64,000 bases of DNA from Podarcis tiliguerta (lineage: Eukaryota): the NCBI GenBank assembly GCA_965153285.1, contig OZ229120.1, one strand, 5' to 3'. Shown here in pieces: positions 25,381 through 38,261 of this stretch. Position 1 is the stretch's first letter; each line of letters starts with the position of its first letter. The notes under the pieces are model-generated. The model saw only the letters and a list, made by a program, of their open reading frames with translations, was not told the DNA's origin and did not search any database. A program made the translations under genes and the position numbers.

Positions 25381-27371
25381 GAATTCCTTGGGATTCCCTC
25401 CATGCCCACTCTCATGTTTTTGCCTGGCTGGAATGTGTCCTGGAACTCTGATAATGAGTTTTGTATGCCTGGATAGAAGTATATGTGAGTGTGAGGAAAC
25501 TAGTCTACTCTACAAAGTTAAGACTTACGCTTGTTGGTCCACCTACTTTTCCCTCTGATCCTGCCACCATTGCCATGTGGCCCCAGAAAGATTGTCCAAA
25601 GGGAAATGTGTCCTTGGAGTGAATCAGATTCTCTACCCTGGTCTATATAAAGTCTATCTCCCTCTCCAGGATCCCTTTCCAGCCAATATGTTTGTTAGCT
25701 GGTGTGGGAGTAGAAATGCTGAAGGGAAGAACAGAAATATGTACCAATAGCAACAACAACTCAAGTCTGCAAAGGGATGTAATAGCTTTTACAACAGAGG
25801 GTTCCTGATGATTATTGGATTGCCACATTTTACTAAAGGTTGAATGGTGTTATGTTATAAACAATTAGTGTAAAGAATTCCTCACAAATTCTATTCTATT
25901 AGCAATCGCCACAATTTTTAATTTGGGTATATTTTCCACTTAGCCAGGACTTTTGCAAAAAGTTTTAGCACAGGAAGGAAAATGAACTCTAAAATGTCAC
26001 TATTGGTGCTTAAGCAAAAGGCTTTTTCTGGGGGAAAAAACATTTTTCAGATAAGATATAAGATCCCCAGATTTCAGAATAGGCTCAATTTTAAGTTTAC
26101 CTATTGAAACTTTATTAAGAGCACTGTGGTCCAATGCATCTAAATGCCATTATGATAAAAAGCAAGTTACATTAAGGTCATCTTCAGAATTGCTGGAGTA
26201 ATAGTTCACTCCTGTTTATCAGTGCTCCACAGTGAAGGGAAAAGGCTTGCTTCCAAGTTAGTGTGCTTAGGATTGCAATCTGAGTTAGGAAAAGAAGTTT
26301 CTATCACCAATTTATGCTTACCATAAATTGGTGTCAGCAGATATATCTGGAACTAGCACTCACAAACTGCAAGGCATTAAACATGACTGGTGTCACAGAT
26401 TTGGGAGCCTGTGTACCATGGCCTTAGGGAGCCTAATTGACCACTTAGAGAGCAGCAAGAAACAGGCTCAGTGTCAGCATCGTAGCAGACATGAATGAGC
26501 TTGCTGGGACTGGTTACCACAACATCCTAAAACAACATTTAATAGTCTGGGGATGGCAACTGATGCTCATTCCCTTATTTTTCTTTAAAACTGTATTATC
26601 CTTTTCTACAACAAAATGGTTCTTCTTTCCAAGTAAAGGGAAAGAGCAGCTGAAGGAAACAGCACTTTGTTTCTGTAGTCTTGGTGGTGCTATGTTTTAA
26701 GTGAGTTTAAAACACAAAAGTGCATGTTCCCAGGGTATTTATTTCTTAAGTGAGGTGGTTTTTTTTGCTCTAAGTTACCAGGAATGTAAAAACGGTTGTA
26801 AACAGCAGTGGGAAAGGGAGAGAGAAGAGAATTGTGTGCTTCACAGCTGAAGTAGTACACAACTTTCAATTCAACTGTTATGTCCACAGTAAAAAAAAAA
26901 CCAAAAACCCAGTTGCACTATTAAACGTTAAACTTACGTTGTTGTACAGTTCTGCCCCTGGGAAAAGCACCCCTCTTTTAGTGACTGGGTGGGAGGGGGC
27001 TTGAAACAGGACAGAAACTTATGTACAACATGCACACATCTGTTTCTTGCAGAACGTGTTCCCTGAATTGAGTTATTTTCTCTCCAATCTGTTTGGCTGC
27101 ATATTATCATGCTTAGAACATGATCCCTGATTGGTAAAAGTGCTGGTAATTTGATTCCATAAACATTACCCTCCCTCTGAATTGGCTTCATTTGTTCTCA
27201 GTGATGTCATCACATAGTCAAGCTGAGAAGCTGTATGAGAATTCCACTGTTCTCAGGAAGAAATCTTCCCAAATGGGCATAAGCTGCTGAACCTGCAAAA
27301 TCCTCAAAAAGACTGTAAGCAATATAATCAGGGAAAGGGAATTGGGATACATTTCTTTCCCGCTAAATGTA

Positions 27372-27613
27372 CAGTGGTACCTCGGGTTACATACGCTTCA
27401 GGTTACATACGCTTCAGGTTACAGACTCCACTAACCCAGAAATAGTACCTCGGGTTAAGAACTTTGCTTCAGGATGAGAACAGAAATCGTGCTCCAGCGG
27501 CATGGCAGTAGCGGGAGGCCCCATTAGCTAAAGTGGTGCTTCAGGTTAAAAACAGTTTCAGGTTAAGAACAGACCTCTGGAACAAATTAAGTTCTTAACC
27601 CGAGGTACCACTG
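27372..27613. mobile_element. Same Tc1/mariner MITE, copy 5 (opposite orientation, extra 16-bp internal unit)
   Basis: TA|CAGTGGTACCTCGGGTTA...TAACCCGAGGTACCACTG|TA; GGTTACATACGCTTCA is present twice. Confidence 0.9.
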
Positions 27614-30600
27614 TACTGTGTTTCCCCTCCAAATGTTTAGAAGTAAGCATTTTTGAAACCATAGCTGCAGTACCTATCAGAAATTCAATTTGCAATTTAT
27701 ACCTCCAGACTGAATCTTAATACAGATTTGAAGTCTTAAACATCCAGGCTAATTTTTAATTTGGAGGGTTTCCCAATTTTACTTTTTGGGTTGCTTCCTG
27801 TTAGGCTGGTCACAATAAACATATTGGACTGCTTTTGGAGGTTTTTTTCCTGCTATGGACTAAGCACATGAAAGTGCTTACACATGATCCCAGGACTTAC
27901 TTACTCACTTGCAATGCTCTTCCTCCTGGTGTGCTGTTTTGTGTGTGATTTGATTTAATTCATCCTGAATTAAGGGCGCTTTCACAAATTGAGGTTTTCT
28001 CTTTCTCTCTTGGCAATTATAAATGGCTCTAATGTTGGAAACACCCATTTAAACACCCATCAATGCCCAAGTAAAAGGGAGTTACATGTCTGCATCACCT
28101 ATGGAAATTATAAGATACTGGTGCAGATCAATGCATTAAAGCAGTCAACAATCATGAGGTGGGTATGGGTCAGCGGGGGGCAGGATAACTTCTTAAATAT
28201 TAGCCAGAACAGAATTCCCTCTGCTTGCATAAGCAAAAGGGACAGTCTGTCTCCATGCCACATGCTGCAGTTTTCATTTGGTTAATTGCAAGGGAGTAAA
28301 GTGTTGCTTTGATTTATTTTTGCCTAGAACTTGGCAGCAACATCAGAACTCCGCATTTTGACAGCGGCTTCTGCAATGTTTCAGCCTGACACATTTTAAC
28401 TGATTTTGTTAAATTCTAATCTTTTCCTTCATAATCACACTAATTCAGCTGTAATTTTATTAAGGGGAGCCGACAGAGCTTGCCCTCTCTTTGGTGAAGA
28501 GAGGGCAATGGTTGTGCTTGTGGAAGGCATGGAGAAGTTTGCAGGGGGGGGGGGGGGAGTGTATTTCAGTGAACAAAACTTTATGCAGCTCATTTGCCAG
28601 CACCATTTTCTGGATTCTACCTCAGATTGAGCAAGTTGGGGAACTTGTTGGAAAAATTCAAGGAGATGTTGGCTTTTAAACAAAAAATGAATTGCAGTGA
28701 ACTGAGGAATCGCTGGTTTTATAATCACTGTTGTAATAGATCATTTATAACCAGACATCTTTCATGACGACTATATAAGTTACTCTTAAAATACTTGGGT
28801 AGATTCAGCCACATCAGTGTTTCCCAGAGCAATTAAAAACATAATTCTATAATCCAAAAAACTGAATGGGGCTCTGTTGAATATGCATTTTTTCTGCATA
28901 TATATTTTGCTAAGTTGTATCCCAGCCCAGTAATCTCCTGCAGGCACATGGTAGGTCAGTTTGGCAATGGTTTGCAGTAAATAAGACAATGGTGGATTTT
29001 GGGTAGTATTAACTGGAACCCTTGCATCAATGTATAACTTACCTCTGTATTTTGTGGGGGGAGCACTGTAAAATGCTGCGAAACAATTACATTCCAAACC
29101 TGTGTCGTCTTCTTGTATCACAGATTTGGGATGAGCAATAGAGCCTCACCTGGGGCAAGTCAGTCACAGTTCTGGGAGGCGATGCAAAATGTGGGGTTTT
29201 CACTGCAAAACAATTGCAAAACTTTGGAGTAAATAAGACAATGTGGGAATTTGAGTGCTGTTAACTACAGTGGCATTAACTTGGAACTCTGGTTTGATAT
29301 ATTACTTGCTGTGCTTTTGGGGGGGCACTGCAAAACAATTGCAAAAGCTTTTGCAGGGAATTCCCTGTATGCCAAGACAGGCTCTGGCAGATTGAGATGA
29401 GACCAATAGTGGGTCCAACAGTCAAGAAGGTAGTTTCTACATGTGCTGTAGAGGGAAGTGAAGGGCTGATGAGGCTGGGAAGGCAGCCCATCAAGGAGAA
29501 GGAAAACTTGAAAGGGCTAAGGAATAGACCCTACACAATCTGGAGTGGAGTCCCTAAGGCTGTTGGGTGCCATTTTGTACACCTCCTTCCTGTAGCCAAG
29601 CTGGTGCCAAACCCATTCATGTCTGTTTTCCTGTTCTAGAACAACATGGTGTTAGATCACCTCCAAACACTTAGGTGTGGATATTAATCTGGTAATCAAA
29701 GTCTGCATCATGCAAAGGCAAGATGCATATAATGCTGTAACAAATATGCATCTCTCTAGTTTTTCGCCACTGCAGTTGAAATTGCTTGCTTTCTAAAACA
29801 CAACTAATTAAAAAAGATGTATCTGTCATATGTAAGCAAGGTGAAGGATTCTGCTTGCATTTCTTTTATAAAGCTAGAACATACAGTACAGAATAACATC
29901 CTCCCCATTGCAAGTGAGTGCCACAAATGTTCTACTTTGGCAAAGGATACGTTGCACAGTGCTCCCATAAAAGCTTTATTTGTGAGCCTAGCAGCAGGTC
30001 ACTGGCAGTTCAGAGCAGAAGATTCATGAAATGCATTTAATTTATAGCACAAATCAGACTTTTGATGAATGAGTAAAAAAATAATAATACTGCAGCCTTG
30101 GCAACAATCAAACTAACCACCTCTTCATGGGTATTATCGCTAGTTCCATTCAAGATGCTGCAGAGACCTTGAGCTCCAGAAAAGATATTGTCTATAACAG
30201 CACTTCAAACTAACAGCCTTGATATGGAAAAAAATTACTGTGCATCTCTGTATTGTATATGCATTCACTTTTGTCTTTTAAATGGACCGGGACAAAGTTA
30301 ATGTGACAATTTGGTTAACTGGCGGATGCCAAGTATAAAAGACACTTGTGCTTCAGACATGATTCCAATATGCTTGAATGAAGGCAGGCCTCTAAAACTT
30401 CCCCAATTCTGACTGATGCAAGACACAATACTAAAACAATGCTTTTCTGGAGTAACAAAGAACGGTAATAATTACACTCGATTGAAAAAAAGTAGTTCCT
30501 TCTTCAAAGAACTCCTGTTGTTTTCAGAAGCCATACTATGAGATCGCATGGAATCCAATCCACCCGTCATTTAGAGCCAGTCAGAACCACTGATTCAACC

Positions 30601-31479
30601 AGCTACAAATCCACCTAACAAATCTCATAAGATCTAATACATAAAGACAGGGATATGGGCTTTCATAAATATCCTAAGCATGATCTACAGTGTAGCCTCT
30701 GGGTTGCAGCCTGGTCTTCCTTGATCTTTGATCCCTAGTAAACTGCCACCCCTCATGCTTGGCCTCAGGTGAGTAAGTGACCTTCACTTTTGTCATTGCT
30801 TTTATTTACACAAGAGAGGGGGTCACTTATACAAGGCTATTCTTGATGCATTGTACCATCTGATCAAACCAAATAGTAGGCAATCATTTGACCAATATCT
30901 GAACACTGATTTACATGCAGAATATCTTGGGTTTCCTTGGAACTAATTTACACTGAAACCAATGGAACTTGCTTCAAAGGTTTACTTGGGAAAAGAGATG
31001 TAAATCATCTGAAGGAGTTACTATACTGATTTAATGTCGATCAAATTACTTGCCTTTTCTTCAATTATTAGAATAACATGGCAATGTAATTTTACCAGTA
31101 TGCTAGGTACTATAAATAAGCACTTTTCAACATTCAGAAGGTTTGCAGTATCTGGACAATAGCTGAATTTTAATTTTCCATATTTAGGGAAGAAAAATCT
31201 GTTTTAATATGCAGGCAGGAGAAAAGGCTCTGTACTCTGAAACTTTAGTTTGTGTTACATAAGCACAGGAGATAAAAATATCTAGAAATCTTTGCAGGGT
31301 TTTTTCCCCCCTTCTAAGCATTTTATTTATCACATTACTTTTTGTACAATTTTATGAAAACCAGCAGGTGATCAGACAAATGAATAGAATACCTGGCCCA
31401 AGGATTACTGTAGAGGCACATGCCACCAGTTCCTTATACATTTACAGATAATTTGACTATAAATGACATTAGTATAATA

Positions 31480-31682
31480 CAGGCAACCCCCCCCCCCACA
31501 CACTTACACGCAATTGACTCGCGTGCAACACATGTATACATGCAGTGCTGGGGGAAAAATTCCCACTGAACAGCTGTATTGGGTGGGAAGCTGTATTGCT
31601 GCAGGCTCCCTACTTACACGCATTTTGCTTACGTGTGGTGGCCCCCCAGATCATAAACCCCTCGTAAGTGGGGAGTCACCTG
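31480..31682. mobile_element. TA-flanked MITE (Tc1/mariner-like), second family
   Basis: TA|CAGGCAACCCC..ACTTAC ... GTAAGTGGGGAGTCACCTG|TA imperfect TIRs. Confidence 0.65.
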
Positions 31683-33344
31683 TATAACACAAAAAGATTG
31701 TATTATAATTGAAATCATTGAAACATCCCTACACTTAAGACAACTTTTGTGAATTTAGGTAGCATGTTTCAGAACCAGAGCGGAGAGAGGCCAAAGGGCC
31801 CAGCAGGCCAGGAATTTATCCCTGCCCTGGATGCGAGGCCAAGTGCTACCATTGGTCAGTTGGTCCCATGTCCAGGGAAACACCCTCTAATTCCTCCTGC
31901 CATTGACCAGTTTGGCAGCAAGAGGATGATCCAGCCTGCAATAGGCCAGGTCACAGAGGAAGCCCGAGGGCTCACCTGCAAAGCCACCAAGAAGAGGCAA
32001 ACAGACTTCATGAAATACCGGTAGGTGCTGCAGCGGCAATTTGGAAAATGGCTCATGGTGTTTATGCATCTCCCCACATTCCAAACTATTGTTTTCCATG
32101 TAATCCAAGTGTAAATGACTGCCAGTAATTATCTATTTAGAAGCAGAACTAAAAGTGCCCAGACTTACCTTAAAATGGACAAGACAGCAGCAACAGATGT
32201 TGCCTTGGTCACTTCCAGTAGAAACCCATAACGAACTACAATACCTGCTGCAAAGATTGGGACTTGCCACTAAAGATGTATAGATGAAGATCCTGCCGAT
32301 AGAAATTTTTCAGGTAGGCATATTAATTCTTTTAAATTTAATTTTGTGTTTGAACACCAAGACCTTGTATTGCATGTTTAGTTTTTAATGCCGCCTTGGG
32401 AGGATTTTCCTCCCTATTCTAATTTTAAAGTAACATAGCAAAACCTGACAATTAATGGTAATTACTAAGCCAAGTGATGACTACACAGATATGGAGCAGG
32501 GATTGGCTGGATACCAAGGACTGGTAGCTAGATACTGATGAGTGGGCACTGGGAGAAGTGGGCACTGAGTTCGAAACAACCAGTAATTTAGTGCATGGAA
32601 TAAAGCTGGTCCTATGATTCCCAGTGGTCTGGAGAACAACAGGTAACAGGAAGGTTGTAACTGGATACCAAAGCAGGTCACATTTTGACCTTGTTTGCTG
32701 CGCATGCTTTACACTTCATGTGGTACCTGCAGGGTTTAATAGTCATACCTTCAACTAAGGCAGGCATTTTGGAAACTGCCTCAAAGTTGACCGTAAATGA
32801 CCAAGGTGCCTGTTGTGCCACATTTAGAAGCAGGGAAGATGCCCACCAGCACAGACTGGACTGCAACAAAACACCAATATACAAAAGAAGAACACTGTAG
32901 GAATAAAGGAAAAAGAAATGCTCTCTCAATGAAAAATGGCAAAAGTTCGTCCTGAAGCTGTAGAGGTTAAGGAAGAACCGAGTGGGAAAGCAGGAGCCAT
33001 GTCACTTTGAGCGTGTGTGCTGAGGTGTGGGCTCCCCTCCCAAACTTTCACCTACCTTTAGAAAACTGCAAATGATGCTTTGTGCAGGGATGCAATATGT
33101 GAGACTTCACGGAGACTACGAAGAACCACCATTGTTTTGGATAAACATGCAAATAATATCAGTCGTTTGCATAAATAAAATGCCAACAAGTGTATGCTTC
33201 TTTCCATTAATTGTCAATACTTATGAGACACCACATTTGCCAAAATAAGTTTAATTTTGACAAGGCTTCAAAAATCCTATGAAGTTTAAATCGGGGTGTT
33301 CCTCTGTATATACAAATATAATACATAAAGCCTAGTATCTGAAG

Positions 33345-33529
33345 CAGGGGTGCCAACTTGAATAAAATATGGGGGGGGGGGAGGTAAGCCCCACCCCACA
33401 TAATTGATCACATAACATAGTGCATGCACACCATTTGAATGACAATGTTCACCAACGTGGGGGGCAGCCCCTCAAATATTTTATTGGGAGGGCCAAAGAC
33501 CCCTTGGCCCCTTGAAGTTGGCTCCTATG
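33345..33529. mobile_element. hAT MITE
   Basis: CAGGGGTGCCAACTT / AAGTTGGCTCCTATG; TSD ATCTGAAG vs ATCTAAAG (7/8). Confidence 0.8.
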
Positions 33530-34305
33530 ATCTAAAGAGAGCCTTTGGTGCATCCAAACACTTTAGGCATGCTCCTCAAAGTTTATCTACCTAACTGCAG
33601 CAACTAATGCGGCAATGGGAAGCATTCTGATGAGTCTCTCCAAATTTCTGGATTCCTTTTTTTAAATTGCAGCAGAGAGAAAGTATCAGAAGTCAAAATC
33701 AGAGCCACTGCCAGAGATTTCCGTGTACAGAAGTTTCACTAATGATTCTTTGGAGCCAATTCATTAATTTTGAAACTATATAACCAAGGATGTTAAACTA
33801 ATATCCTCCATACAAAACATCATATGCCATCAGTAAGAAGCTTTATCAATACCAGCATCAAAGAGCTTCAAGCAGAAAGAATTATAGCATTTTCGACTCT
33901 GTGTACGTTTTCATTTTGTATACTTAATAGAAGTTAAAAAATACAGTAGTTAGTTAGATAATTTATTCTTACTGAGTGCTTGACAAACTGACTTGTACTT
34001 GTTTTGTTTGGGCTTGCAAATGCATCTGCTGTAGTAGCAATACTATTTTTATCAAGATTTCATGGGCATTTCAAGAGCATAAAGAGAGATGCACATACAT
34101 TGAATATTTTCAGTATATTCTGTGGGAATGAGTCAGGACAAATGTCAGCAAGAAACGACTCACATCAGTAAAAAAATAAGCATCATGAAATATTATTCTG
34201 TATTACTGAATTGATAGTAAACAAAATTATTCAACATCTGCTAAATCATACTGTTCAGTCATTGTAACATTAATAGAAATCAATGTATCCTTTTAAAATC
34301 ATCAT

Positions 34306-34315
34306 TTTATTTAAT
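34306..34315 (-). terminator. Candidate MSH3 polyadenylation signal (overlapping ATTAAA/AATAAA)
   Basis: First canonical hexamer I could find on the minus strand after the stop (about 1 kb downstream); a second AATAAA is at 33962-33967. The region is AT-rich, so these may be chance matches. Confidence 0.3.
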
Positions 34316-35306
34316 ACAAATGTGTTTTCCTGTAATTTATAAACATGATTTTCATGTTTTCCATCTAAAATTAGTTAACATCATCAAACTATAAAAAGCA
34401 TTTTTAAGTATTTTAAATAAAGTACAGTTTGGAGATGATGTTGATAAAGTTTGGGAAACATAATAACAAAATAAGTAACAAAATACTTGATCTTCAATGG
34501 AAAAACCCACCAGACAGCAGTTTGAAAAAACAACTGGAGCTTACAAAATATCTACTGCATTTAAATCAATGAACCATTTCACATGGGCCCATTTCTGCTA
34601 GATTTTTCTTTACATGATTTTGCCCGTATTATGTGCCCATGATCATGTCAAGAAGGCACCATGTAAATGGTTCATTCTGTAGTGATTTTCACGGCTGCAG
34701 TAGCTATGCTAGTTTACATCTCTGGGTAATGTGGCAGGAGACCCATGAAGTGATGTCCCATGCTTTTTTTGTTACTTCATTTTAAAGTGAACAGCAACTA
34801 CAGGCACCTCCCAAACTGAATCTGGCCACAGCATTGGGAGAATGATGCTTAATACCCACCCACTCACGTGTGGGTTCCAAAACTAAATTCCTGACAGACT
34901 TTTTTATCCTATGGGAAAGAAACATACAGGTACTATGTGGTTACCTGTCTGTTTCTCTGCACTGGGAAAATACTAACTTTAGAGGAGTAATTTGGGAATG
35001 TGGTGGAGAAGCCTCAACTTTCTTGAGCCCTGTAGTTGTTGCTACCACCACCACCACAGGAGTTGTAATCATGGATCTCCTGGTGTCTTCTACTTATCTG
35101 GCACATAGTATGCTATTCCACATAACTACATCACTGGAGACAGTTTGCATGAATGAAATGAAAAAAATGTCCATGTGAACCACCCATTCATCAGATACAC
35201 ACCTATGATTTGAAATTTCACTGCATGAATATATAGCTTTCTATAATAAATTAATTTAAATCGTCTATGCTATTTCCATTTTCTATTGGCAGGTTTTAAG
35301 GAATCT

Positions 35307-35412
35307 TTAAAGTTGGCTGAAATCATTATCTGTTTCGCACATACTTTTCCATCTTTGCAGTTCTCCAGAATCGGTAGTATTCCATATTTTAACAAAGGTC
35401 ATCAGCCTTTTT
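35307..35412 (-). CDS. MSH3: MSH3 terminal coding exon (exon 24)
   Basis: tttag|A AAA AGG CTG...; (R)KRLMTFVKIWNTTDSGELQRWKSMCETDNDFSQL*, similar to the human C-terminus KRLKYFAKLW...DLQKW. Phase fits exon 23; TAA at 35309-35307. Confidence 0.85.
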
Positions 35413-36974
35413 CTAAAAGCAAACAAACACCAAGTTCAGTGTTAGAACTTCATTAAATGATCAGTTCATTAGTATTTAAATATCTCAGTAAAGAAGAATT
35501 AGACGAAGAAAGGCAAGGCCAATTTTTCTAACTAGACAAAGCATTATGAATGCATTTACATTTGATGTCACAATGGTGGTGTGGAAAGAAAAGAACATGG
35601 GGGGAATCCGCTAGAATACTTTAACGAAATGAAAGCTATGTTAAAAACACATATTTATATTTTTTACTGCAGAAAGTATTATTATTTAAAGTGAAAGCAT
35701 AATCCAGCCTGTCCCATACATGTGTGCCAATGAGGAATCCCACACACTGGAGAAATATTTATTTTAACCTCACTTCCTACTATTGTGTGAATTTTCACAC
35801 AGAAAATACTAGAATTAATATCTAATTCCTACAATAAAAAGTGCAATATACTACCCTGGGGTTATTCAGAAGACAAAAGCAAATTTTTGAAAACATTAGG
35901 GCAGGAGACACCAATATTTTTGGATGCATGGACACATTTGCAAACTGAATTGCTGTTGGCCCACAACCAAGCACACACTGCAACCCATTCTACTGGCCAG
36001 AAACAATGCTTCTTTTAAGTCTAATTTCAGCAAAAAGAGGGGGCCAAGTGGCCAATCAGGAAGGCCATTTGCGGGAGCACATATGTGCCCATAAGCACCC
36101 AAATGGCAACCCCTGCATTAGGGCCATAAAAACTGTGATTCTAAATTTTCTTCCCCTTTCAAGTTTGCAAATGGTAAACAGTTTAATCTTTTTTTATAGT
36201 GAATTATTACCAAACTATCAAGTTATTTAGGGTGTCAAGAAAGCATTGACCAAATTTAAATAGTGTTTAAAATGTATGAAAGAATGAATGAAGCATGTGT
36301 TTAACAGTTCCGTCTTGCCCTAGCCCTTTAAAGCAGTAATGAACAGTACTTGTTGGGACCTTTTTTAAGATGCACTAGTAATTTATTTTTCATTACTTTT
36401 TAGAAGTCTTCTAGGAGCACACACCCTGATTGTTTGCAAACATTTACAGGGAGGTGATACCACATCGCTGTTTAATGAACAGGAGTCCATCTGGAAGAGT
36501 CCTCAGTCCCAGAACTATTTCACTTACATTTCTGAATCCTCAATCCAAAATATAAATGTTATATTTAAAGCGAGACTTCCATATTACACCCCTATAGCTG
36601 TTTGAGACATGTGCTAATGGGTTGAAGAAGTGACATTAGCACTCTGTTGACATGGCTAGGATGGACCCTGAGCCATGCCGTGACTGGTTTTGGTTGTATC
36701 AGGTCATTTTTGCTACATCAGGCCATTATAAATAATGAGTAGTCATCACAATTGTTAAAGAAAAACATACAGTTCCCTAAAGAAGTTTTTTTCATTAACA
36801 GAATTCATGTTTAGCTCCTTAGACTGTAGGTTGTAATGACGTTAATGTAATTAAGCATTTAGGCACTTCTTGAAAATCTTTTAAATCTACTTTTTATGGC
36901 TGCTCAGAAAGGCTCTCCCAGATGATATATGTGAAAGTTTTATTACTAAGATGTCAATCAATCCATTCTCTAAC

Positions 36975-37149
36975 CTTTTCATATTCTCTAATCTCTCTAG
37001 TTCTTTTGATTTGCGAGCTGCCTTTTTAAGAATTTCATCAGGAACATCTGCTAGTTTAGCAACGTTTAGCCCATAACTCTTTGTGGCAACTTCTCTTGTT
37101 ATTTGATAAAGGAAAGTGACAAATTCAGGATTTTCTTCTGCTTCAGATC
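36975..37149 (-). CDS. MSH3: MSH3 exon 23 (helix-turn-helix dimerisation region)
   Basis: [58 protein letters not shown]; MutS FLY...SYG..VA.LA motif; cctag| acceptor and AG|GTTAGA donor; 175 nt. Confidence 0.94.
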
Positions 37150-37472
37150 CTAGGAAAACAAAAAACAAAAACATACATTTGTATGAAGATGTCATAATTG
37201 AGTTCAGTATGGTTTATATTTTATTCATCTCAAAAACCTGGAAATCTTACTTCAAGTCAACCACTATACTGCGCTAGCTTTTCAATCATTTTAGTCACAT
37301 TCGCTGGGTGACCTTTCACAGCTTAACCAACCCCACATGGTTGTGGCGAGGATAAAATGGTAAGTAGTATGCCACCTTGAGCTCCTTGGAAGAAAGATGT
37401 GATATGTGAAATGTATATTCATTCATATTTTTATATATATGTATGTATATGTATGTAAATTTGATATCATAC

Positions 37473-37602
37473 CCCTTTCTTGTTCACGATCATCTTCATT
37501 CACCAAAAAAGCCATATGGTAATTCCCAACTTGTCTCGGGTAGGCCCTTTCTAATTCACACACTGGAGGATAATGGGTGACAAACAGCGTCAATGAACCA
37601 AC
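37473..37602 (-). CDS. MSH3: MSH3 exon 22
   Basis: VGSLTLFVTHYPPVCELERAYPRQVGNYHMAFLVNEDDREQER; conserved LFVTHY (H-loop); 130 nt, AG/GT flanks. Confidence 0.95.
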
Positions 37603-38074
37603 CTAGAGAAATAAAATATATTAAGGCTTTAAAATATGCATACTTCCTATTTAGAGAAGGTGAGGGAGAGGAAGAGGGAACTGGGTTCAGTCCTAGTCAT
37701 TTGACTGAATCAGCCTTAGTTGTCTTGACAGATGGTCTTTATCAAGAATGGGACAAGGTGTGAACCCTGCTCCTTCTCAATCCTCTGTGGCTTTTGTTAC
37801 TGCTGATAATTGTATCCTGGACCAGTTCCACGGAATCTGTTTCAAGGGGAGGTGCACTGAGATAATCATCTGGGGACAACTCATTTTCACAACTTAAAGC
37901 CTTCCAAACTTAATGTTGGTGACACACTTTTTAGACATGCATCATTTTGCAACACAGTAATTCAGTTTTACTAGCAAACCATGGGGAGCGTTCGCACTTC
38001 ACACTAACGTGTCACGACACACAGTTTGAAAAGCTCTGACTTAGATCATTCAAAGGGACAGATAATGCACTTAC

Positions 38075-38261
38075 ATCTCTAATAAAGTATTCCAGGGTAG
38101 CATAAGCAATTGCAATTCCATCATGTGTGCTAGTTCCTCTCCCAAGTTCATCTAAAATTACTAGTGAATTGGAAGTTGCTTTAGCAATTATATCAGCTGT
38201 TTCTGTCAGTTCTTCCATAAATGTGCTCTGACCTTTGAATATGTTGTCTGTGGCACCCATT
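38075..38261 (-). CDS. MSH3: MSH3 exon 21 (signature motif and Walker B)
   Basis: [63 protein letters not shown]; STF and DELGRGTS MutS motifs; 187 nt; GAT|GTAAGT donor. Confidence 0.97.

Noticed and set aside
5338-27613. Recurring ~220-bp units as a CRISPR-like or regulatory array
   Set aside because: Dispersed, in both orientations, with TIRs and TA duplications: ordinary MITE copies in a vertebrate genome.
31748-32010. GC-richer block, possibly LTR-derived (also 22240-22620 and 48070-48550)
   Set aside because: Looks repeat-derived, but I could not define termini or TSDs, so no call is made.
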